A stretch of DNA of 40,000 nucleotides, from NCBI RefSeq assembly GCF_002836745.1, contig NZ_PJAR01000024.1, positions 163,174-203,173 on the forward strand, written 5' to 3'. The notes beneath the pieces were generated by a model. It searched no databases and was not told the DNA's origin. It was given only the letters and a program-made list of their open reading frames with translations. The position numbers and the translations under genes were made by a program. Shown here in pieces: positions 34,392-40,000 of this stretch (position 1 is the stretch's first letter; each line of letters starts with the position of its first letter). The stretch is from Glaciecola sp. 33A. GTDB lineage: Bacteria > Pseudomonadota > Gammaproteobacteria > Enterobacterales > Alteromonadaceae.

Positions 34392-35870
34392 ATGTCTGAC
34401 ACGAAAATACTTGTAGGTGGCGAATGGAAGCTAGGTTCCGGCAAATTAATTAGATCCATTAATCCGGCCAACGGTGAGCTGATTACTGAATTTAAAGGTG
34501 CGAGCCTAGAAGATGTTGATATTGCCGTTGCGGCGGGTAAACGTGCCATGTATGACCCAACGTGGTACCACTTAAAATCGTTTAAGCGTGCAGCTATTCT
34601 TTCTAATATTGCGAGGTTAATACATCGTGATGTTGACAAATTAGCGGCGCTACAAACCTTAGATACGGGAAAATGTTTATCTGAAACTAAGGCATTGGTG
34701 CAGAGTGCTGCCGAAACATTTCAATATACGGCAGCAGCGCTTGAAATCCAAGAAGGAGAACTCCCTCCTTCTCGAGGCGACTTTTTCACTATGAGTGTTT
34801 ACGAGCCAATGGGGGTTATTGGAGCCATTACACCCTGGAATTCACCCATAGCAAGTGATGCACAAAAGCTTGCCCCTGCCCTAGCAGCAGGTAATGCGGT
34901 AATCATAAAGCCTGCAGAATGGGCGTCATTAGTGTCGTTAGCCTTAGCTGAAATATGCATGGAAGCGGGGTTACCTAAAGGGCTACTCTCCGTTTTACCC
35001 GGCTCTGGTTCAGTTATTGGTGATAAATTAGTCCGTCATCCTGACGTTAAGAAGATATCCTTTACTGGTGGTACCTCAACAGGTAGGCTTATTGCGGGTA
35101 TTGCTGCAGATAAATTAATGCCGGTATCTTTAGAGTTAGGTGGTAAGTCACCGACAATTGTTTTTGAAGATGCCGATGTAGAGCATGCTATTAACGGAAT
35201 ATTGTACGGCATTTTTAGCTCTACTGGGCAATCTTGTATTGCCGGATCTCGCTTATTTATTGCCGCTAAAATTTATGACAGCTTTGTTGACAAACTAGTT
35301 GCTCGTTGTAAGGCATTAAATGTTGGTTTGCCTAATGATAGCTCTACACAAGTAGCGCCTTTAGTGTCATTTCAACATCGTGACGTTGTAGCTAACTATG
35401 TTGAAATAGCAAAAAAAGAAGGCGCTAAGGTTTTATGCGGTGGGGAACTGTTGCAAGGTCAACCTTATGATGATGGTGCCTTCTACCCTCCTACAATTTT
35501 ATCTGGCTTAAGTAATAATACTCAAACCTGCCAGGAAGAAATATTTGGCCCTGTACTGGTGGTATTGCCTTTTGACAATGAGCAAGATCTTATCCAGCAA
35601 GCTAATGATTCAGTATTTGGTTTAGCCTGTGGGTTATGGACTCAAGACTATAAAAAAGCCCTAAACTTTTCCCAAAAAATTGCTGCAGGTACCGTTTGGA
35701 TCAATACCTATAAGCAATTTAGCATTGCCACTCAATTTGGTGGTGTGAAAGAAAGTGGATTAGGACGAGAAAAAGGTCGAAACAGTATTCTAGGCTATAT
35801 GCAACAAAAAAGCCTTTACTGGGGATTGAATCAAGAGCCACTAAGTTGGGCTGATCCAAGAAGTAAGTAA
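34392..35870 (+). CDS. NAD(P)+-dependent aldehyde dehydrogenase
   Basis: 492-aa ORF with RBS AGGAG. It has the catalytic Glu in LELGGKSP, the catalytic Cys in GQSCIAGSR, and a cofactor GSGSVIG motif. Confidence 0.9.
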   Translation: MSDTKILVGGEWKLGSGKLIRSINPANGELITEFKGASLEDVDIAVAAGKRAMYDPTWYHLKSFKRAAILSNIARLIHRDVDKLAALQTLDTGKCLSETKALVQSAAETFQYTAAALEIQEGELPPSRGDFFTMSVYEPMGVIGAITPWNSPIASDAQKLAPALAAGNAVIIKPAEWASLVSLALAEICMEAGLPKGLLSVLPGSGSVIGDKLVRHPDVKKISFTGGTSTGRLIAGIAADKLMPVSLELGGKSPTIVFEDADVEHAINGILYGIFSSTGQSCIAGSRLFIAAKIYDSFVDKLVARCKALNVGLPNDSSTQVAPLVSFQHRDVVANYVEIAKKEGAKVLCGGELLQGQPYDDGAFYPPTILSGLSNNTQTCQEEIFGPVLVVLPFDNEQDLIQQANDSVFGLACGLWTQDYKKALNFSQKIAAGTVWINTYKQFSIATQFGGVKESGLGREKGRNSILGYMQQKSLYWGLNQEPLSWADPRSK

Positions 35871-36106
35871 TATTGAGCAGGATGGGCCGATGTGCATGGT
35901 TCGATATTTTATATTTGCTTAATTATAAATACTAATAGCTGAATATCGAACATTACTAAACCATTATTCCCTATAGAGTTTAAAATACAAAATATACTGC
36001 GAATGCTATTGTTAACTAACTATTGCTGCTAATATAATTAGTTTTATATACGAAACACATTACACATTGCGCATGTAACGTGAACTAACAAGATTAAGCT
36101 TAACTT

Positions 36107-36928
36107 TTGGAGAATAATTACAACGTGGAAAATGCATTAGTGAAAACTGAATCTGAGCAATCAAATCGATATATGGTTCCTGGCTTAATCCGTGGATTGA
36201 AGATACTGCAAGCTTTTAGCAGTGAAAAACCTTTCTTGGGGGTTTCTGATATAGCTAGAGAGTTGGATGTGTCACGTTCAACTGCATTTCGTCTCTCACT
36301 AACGTTAGAAAATATGGGGTTTTTAAAGCGTGTTAAACACTCAAAAAAATATTGCTTAGGTTTAAAGGTATTAGATCTTGGCTTTAAACTATTAGCTGGA
36401 ATGGATATTGTCGACATCGCACGACCTCATATGGAGGAATTAAGTGAGAATACAAAAGTGTGCTCACACCTTGCTGTAAGAGATGGAATAAGCGTCGTTT
36501 ACATTGCGCGAATACTAGGTAAGCATCATACTGTTAGCTCTGTTGGTGTTGGCACTAGATTTCCGGCGTACGCCACATCTACAGGGCGTATATTGCTTGC
36601 TAACTTATCAATCGCTGAACTTGCTACTTTGTATGAAGGTATTGAATTGAAAAAAATCACTAAAAATACCCCGTTAACTATTGGAGACCTTATTAATCAA
36701 ATAGAGCAAGACAAGTCCGATGGCTACACATTAAGTTGGGAAACTTACGAAAAGAATCTCGCGAGCCTCGCTGTACCGATAAGAGATAATACAAGAGAAA
36801 TTGTAGCATCTCTTAATGTCAGTTGCCCTACGACAACTTATAGTAGAAGTGAGCTACTAGAGCAAGTGCTACCAGAGTTAATGCAAAAAGCAGCAAGTAT
36901 ATCGACTGCGTTAGGCTATAGGCATTAA
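36107..36928 (+). CDS. IclR family transcriptional regulator
   Basis: 273-aa ORF with the HTH GVSDIARELDVSRSTAFRLSLTLENMGFL and a C-terminal IclR effector domain. The start is uncertain: TTG 36107, GTG 36125 or ATG 36133. Confidence 0.85.
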   Translation: MENNYNVENALVKTESEQSNRYMVPGLIRGLKILQAFSSEKPFLGVSDIARELDVSRSTAFRLSLTLENMGFLKRVKHSKKYCLGLKVLDLGFKLLAGMDIVDIARPHMEELSENTKVCSHLAVRDGISVVYIARILGKHHTVSSVGVGTRFPAYATSTGRILLANLSIAELATLYEGIELKKITKNTPLTIGDLINQIEQDKSDGYTLSWETYEKNLASLAVPIRDNTREIVASLNVSCPTTTYSRSELLEQVLPELMQKAASISTALGYRH

Positions 36929-36950
36929 ACAATTATGGGTGAATTTTAAT

Positions 36951-37237
36951 TCAGATTGATGTAGCAAATAGTTGGTCGCATTTAATAATATTGTCGTTTT
37001 GTGACTCCAGTAATTCACAACTTTCCCGATACCGCTCTCCTTGCGCTTGCAGAGGCATAAAATGGGGGCTGATGGCCGTGCATAGCACCCCCCCCCCTAG
37101 AAGACTATTAAGTTGCTGCTCGGTCAAGATGATAACGGCTTGCTTCCTGCTAGGCCACTTAAACATGTCTTTTTCCAAACGCTTACTCCACATGGCTAAC
37201 CCAGTGTTATCTCAGTAAAGAATTTTGGGGCGCTTAC
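36951..37237 (-). mobile_element. IS66-family remnant: terminal inverted repeat plus the C-terminal part of TnpB (orf2)
   Basis: The minus strand from 37237 reads GTAAGCGCCCCAAAATTC, and IS66-family ends start with GTAAGCG. The 80-aa ORF MWSKRLEKDMFKWPSRKQAVIILTEQQLNSLL... matches the conserved TnpB C-terminus (KRLEKGRFxWP...LTxxQLxxLLEG). tnpA, most of tnpB, tnpC and the other end are missing. Confidence 0.7.
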
Positions 37238-37856
37238 GGGTGCGGTTTGTGAAGACAATGCACCCGGCATCAACTGCACATCAAGCTATTGCTCAACGAT
37301 TAATGCTAAATACAGCAAACTAGGCGGTCAAGTTGGACTTGATGGTAAAACGGCGGCGCGTTATATCAGTATTTTTGAGCAAATGTATTTACTCAAACGA
37401 ATAGAAATATGGTCTAGTAATAGGCTCGGTCGGATCGTCAAAACTCCAAAGTTACAATTTATCGATTCGGGTTTGCTGAGTACTTTATTTGATTTGAGCA
37501 CAGACGAAATTAAGCAAGATAGAACGCGATTTGGCAACGCATTAGAAACATTTGTGTTTAGCGAACTACTTAAACACACTACAACGTCAGAAGGTAACTA
37601 TCGCCTGCTGTATTATCGAGATGCGGATAAATTTAAAGTAGATTTTGTTATTGAGAATGCTCAGGGAAATTTAGTCGGCGTTGAAGTCAAAGCCTCTGCT
37701 ACCGTTAGCCAGAAAGACTTAAAAGGGTTAAAGAAATTAGCTAGTCTAGCCGGCAACCGTTTCAAAATCGGGTTATTATCATACGATGGTACTGAAACGA
37801 TGCCGTTAGGAGAAAATATTTGGGCGGCACCGCTCTCATCTCTATGGGGTCAATAA
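37238..37856 (+). pseudogene. 5'-truncated AAA+ ATPase of the DUF4143 type (C-terminal half only)
   Basis: The reading frame is open from the base after the IS66 end (37238). The segment ...LGGQVGLDGKTAARYISIFEQMYLLKRIEIWSSNRLGRIVKTPKLQFIDSGLL... matches the HTH and DUF4143 region. The N-terminal P-loop half is absent. Confidence 0.7.
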
Positions 37857-37890
37857 ACTTGGGTGTTGTAAGCTAACTTTCTAAGGATTA

Positions 37891-38598
37891 TTAAGTAGGG
37901 GTATCAATAATGATAACTTCACAGTCGGTCGATACTTTTAGCGTAATTGAGTTCGATTGCGTAACTTCCATTCCATCACCTTTATTCATCGTTACACTGC
38001 CAGAGTTATCTTCCACTTTAAACATACCATCTGAAGCTAGTATATAAGCTTGATGTTTAATGTCATGTTCAATAACGCTTCCTTTGGCTAATTTACCACC
38101 ATAGATACGTGCTTCTTGGTTGATGAAAAGGGCACTGCCTTTGTCTTCAGGGTAACCTGATGCCAATAAAGTAAGTTCTGACGATTGATTGGTACGGAAC
38201 ATTTTACTTTCCCAACGAGGTTCAACGTCATGTTTATTGGTTTCAATCCAAATCTGATAAAAGGTTAAGGGATCTTTAGTGTGGTTGTATTCTGAATGCA
38301 CAATACCAGTGCCAGCACTCATCACTTGAACCTCACCAGTTTTAGTGTTGCCTTTGTTACCCGTGCTATCTTGATGGGTAATTGCCCCAGAGCGAATAAA
38401 GCTAATAATTTCCATATTACGGTGCGGATGCGACGGGAACCCCGTACTTGGGGCAACCCAGTCATCATTCACTACACGTAATTTGCCAAAACCCATGCGT
38501 GTAGGATTATAATAATGTGCAAAGCTAAAATGATGTTTAGATTTAAGCCAGCCATGGTCGGCATTGCCTAAGCTTTTATAGGGATAGTGTTTTAACAT
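37891..38598 (-). CDS. pirin family protein
   Basis: 235-aa ORF with GFPSHPHRNMEIISFIRSGAITHQDSTGN, which carries the pirin metal-binding His cluster. Confidence 0.9.
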   Translation of the reverse strand: MLKHYPYKSLGNADHGWLKSKHHFSFAHYYNPTRMGFGKLRVVNDDWVAPSTGFPSHPHRNMEIISFIRSGAITHQDSTGNKGNTKTGEVQVMSAGTGIVHSEYNHTKDPLTFYQIWIETNKHDVEPRWESKMFRTNQSSELTLLASGYPEDKGSALFINQEARIYGGKLAKGSVIEHDIKHQAYILASDGMFKVEDNSGSVTMNKGDGMEVTQSNSITLKVSTDCEVIIIDTPT

Positions 38599-38789
38599 AA
38601 TATTGTCCTTCTTCTGTGAATATTATTTTAAGTTAAACTCATTGATAAATATCATAAATATCATAAATGTTAATGTTGTTAGATATTTTTCAATCTTTGT
38701 GATGGTTTTCGAAATTTGCTCACTATTGGTAATGTCTACCTTGAGGTATTTTTAATACGAGCTAATTAGGTATATGGCTATTGTATAAG

Positions 38790-38851
38790 TTGAACTGTTA
38801 TTGAATAACCCCTACTATTTGTTCGATATGCTCAAATAATTTGAACAGTTA
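38790..38851. promoter_or_regulatory. two copies of TTGAAC(T/A)GTTA in the pirin/LysR divergent region
   Basis: ttgaactgtta at 38790-38800 and ttgaacagtta at 38841-38851. Each has an AAC-N-GTT dyad core. They are candidate LysR sites. Confidence 0.3.
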
Positions 38852-38872
38852 CTCTTTTGTTGGAACCTTAAA

Positions 38873-39811
38873 ATGAACACACCCCCTATAAGTATTGAAG
38901 CCTTACTGGTATTAGATGCTATTGAGTACCGTGGCAGTTATGCAGCTGCGGCAGAGCAATTAAACAAAGTTCCTTCTGCGCTGTCATATATAGTGCAGAA
39001 ACTGGAAGAGCAGCTCAACGTGACACTTTTTATACGACAAGGCAGAAGAGCTGTTCTTACACCAGCAGGTAAACATTTATTAATAGAAGGACGCAAAGTT
39101 CTCAATGCAATAAACGCTTTGTCAGAGCAAACACAAACGATTGCCAATGGTTGGGAGCCTAAAATACGCATTGCGTGCGATTCAATCTTCGACATCAATC
39201 CTATCTTTTCGGGTATACAAGAATTTTTAGCTGAACATAAAAATATTGAAGTTGATGTACGTGAAGAAGTAATGAATGGCACTTGGGAGGCATTAATTGA
39301 AGACACGGTTGACCTAGTGATTGGCGCTCCTTCGCCTGTTCCTAATCAAAAAGGTATTCGAGCAATAAAAATAGGTAAGTTGGAAACTGTGTTGGTGGCA
39401 GCTAAAAGACATGAGTTATCAAGGACGTTACACAAAGATAAAGCATCAATTCAAGCTAGCGATCTAACAAGGTATCGAAGCGTCATTGTTCATGACTCTG
39501 CACAGCATGAAATTCCTTGGTCGATTAATATGCTTGAGGGTAGTCAGCGGTTTTTTGTCAGCTCTGTTGCTCAAAAAGTTGCGGCAATTGCTGCCGGAAT
39601 AGGTATAGGTCATTTACCCAAAGGGATGGTGCACGATTATATTGAATCTGGGCAACTGGTTGTTATTGAATTAGAAGAAAAAACACCAACACCAACACCA
39701 ACACCAACAACACAGGAGTTATATATGGCGTGGAAAGTATCCAATAAAGGTAAAGGATTAAAGGCGTTAATTTCTATATTGTCACACCAATGGCAGGAGC
39801 ATCATCTTTAG
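38873..39811 (+). CDS. LysR family transcriptional regulator with a (Thr-Pro)4 insertion
   Basis: 312-aa ORF with the HTH GSYAAAAEQLNKVPSALSYIVQKLEEQL. It is divergent from the pirin gene, a pairing also seen in E. coli yhaJ/yhaK. The C-terminal domain contains EEKTPTPTPTPTTQE. Confidence 0.85.
   Translation: MNTPPISIEALLVLDAIEYRGSYAAAAEQLNKVPSALSYIVQKLEEQLNVTLFIRQGRRAVLTPAGKHLLIEGRKVLNAINALSEQTQTIANGWEPKIRIACDSIFDINPIFSGIQEFLAEHKNIEVDVREEVMNGTWEALIEDTVDLVIGAPSPVPNQKGIRAIKIGKLETVLVAAKRHELSRTLHKDKASIQASDLTRYRSVIVHDSAQHEIPWSINMLEGSQRFFVSSVAQKVAAIAAGIGIGHLPKGMVHDYIESGQLVVIELEEKTPTPTPTPTTQELYMAWKVSNKGKGLKALISILSHQWQEHHL
39683..39709 (+). repeat. in-frame hexanucleotide microsatellite (acacca) x4 plus a partial unit
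   Basis: Read directly from the sequence. It encodes TPTPTPTPT inside the LysR gene. Confidence 0.9.
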
Positions 39812-39838
39812 TCTTCATATTTCCAAGCATTAAAAACA

Positions 39839-39866
39839 AAAACAGCCTTGAATTAGCGCTGTTTTA
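39839..39866 (+). terminator. candidate terminator hairpin downstream of the LysR gene
   Basis: The hairpin is aaaacagc-(11 nt)-gctgtttt, an 8-bp stem ending in a T-run. The loop is rather large. Confidence 0.45.
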
Positions 39867-40000
39867 TCTATTTCATCGGAAGACATTTTATTGCTACATA
39901 ACTATAGTTACCCCCTACTTTAAAGCTCACGACAAACTAATGTTGATTTAACTAAACTGTTCATCCCTATGATGAGGCGCTGTCCAATCTTGCTTATGTG

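Noticed and set aside
32509-39306. Antisense ORFs 32509..32724, 33872..34063, 34122..34367, 34367..34639, 36118..36417, 36991..37218, 37361..37579, 38296..38481 and 38938..39306.
   Set aside because: These are shadows of the ThDP enzyme, NadX-like, ALDH, IclR, IS66-fragment, ATPase-fragment, pirin and LysR reading frames.

Overview
This is a 40-kb chromosomal window from an AT-rich Gram-negative genome. TonB-dependent receptors, the regulator types and codon usage suggest a marine gammaproteobacterium, but that is only a guess. All family calls come from motif recognition by eye; no database search was run. The window falls into four blocks. (i) 0-9.1 kb holds two secreted hypothetical proteins and an AraC regulator. 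The regulator is divergent from an unusual 1293-aa fusion of ferredoxin, an FprA-like NAD(P)H flavoreductase and a molybdopterin oxidoreductase, which is convergent with an acyl-CoA ligase. (ii) 9.1-18.2 kb is a mosaic gene-decay zone. It contains a broken membrane-protein gene, a RhuM fragment, one intact TonB-dependent receptor, a decayed ppc (PEP carboxylase) remnant, a two-gene cassette bracketed by 42-bp direct repeats, and a GC-richer LysR-DoxX module with a Tat-signal remnant. (iii) 18.2-36.9 kb holds a malic enzyme and then a roughly 17-kb aromatic-type catabolic island associated with an IclR regulator. The minus-strand operon encodes an MFS transporter, a small unknown protein, a Rieske oxygenase, a [2Fe-2S] ferredoxin, an embedded TonB-dependent receptor, a Rieske ferredoxin, two SDRs, a cupin, a meta-cleavage-type hydrolase, an extradiol dioxygenase and a ferredoxin reductase. 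The divergent operon encodes a ThDP enzyme, an aspartate-dehydrogenase-like protein, an aldehyde dehydrogenase and the IclR regulator. (iv) 36.9-40 kb holds an IS66 remnant whose terminal repeat truncates a DUF4143-type ATPase gene, followed by a divergent pirin-LysR pair. No rRNA, tRNA or CRISPR array was seen. The leads most worth follow-up are the tri-domain redox fusion, the receptor-containing catabolic island with its non-canonical lower-pathway genes and shared promoter palindrome, and the repeat-bracketed cassette.
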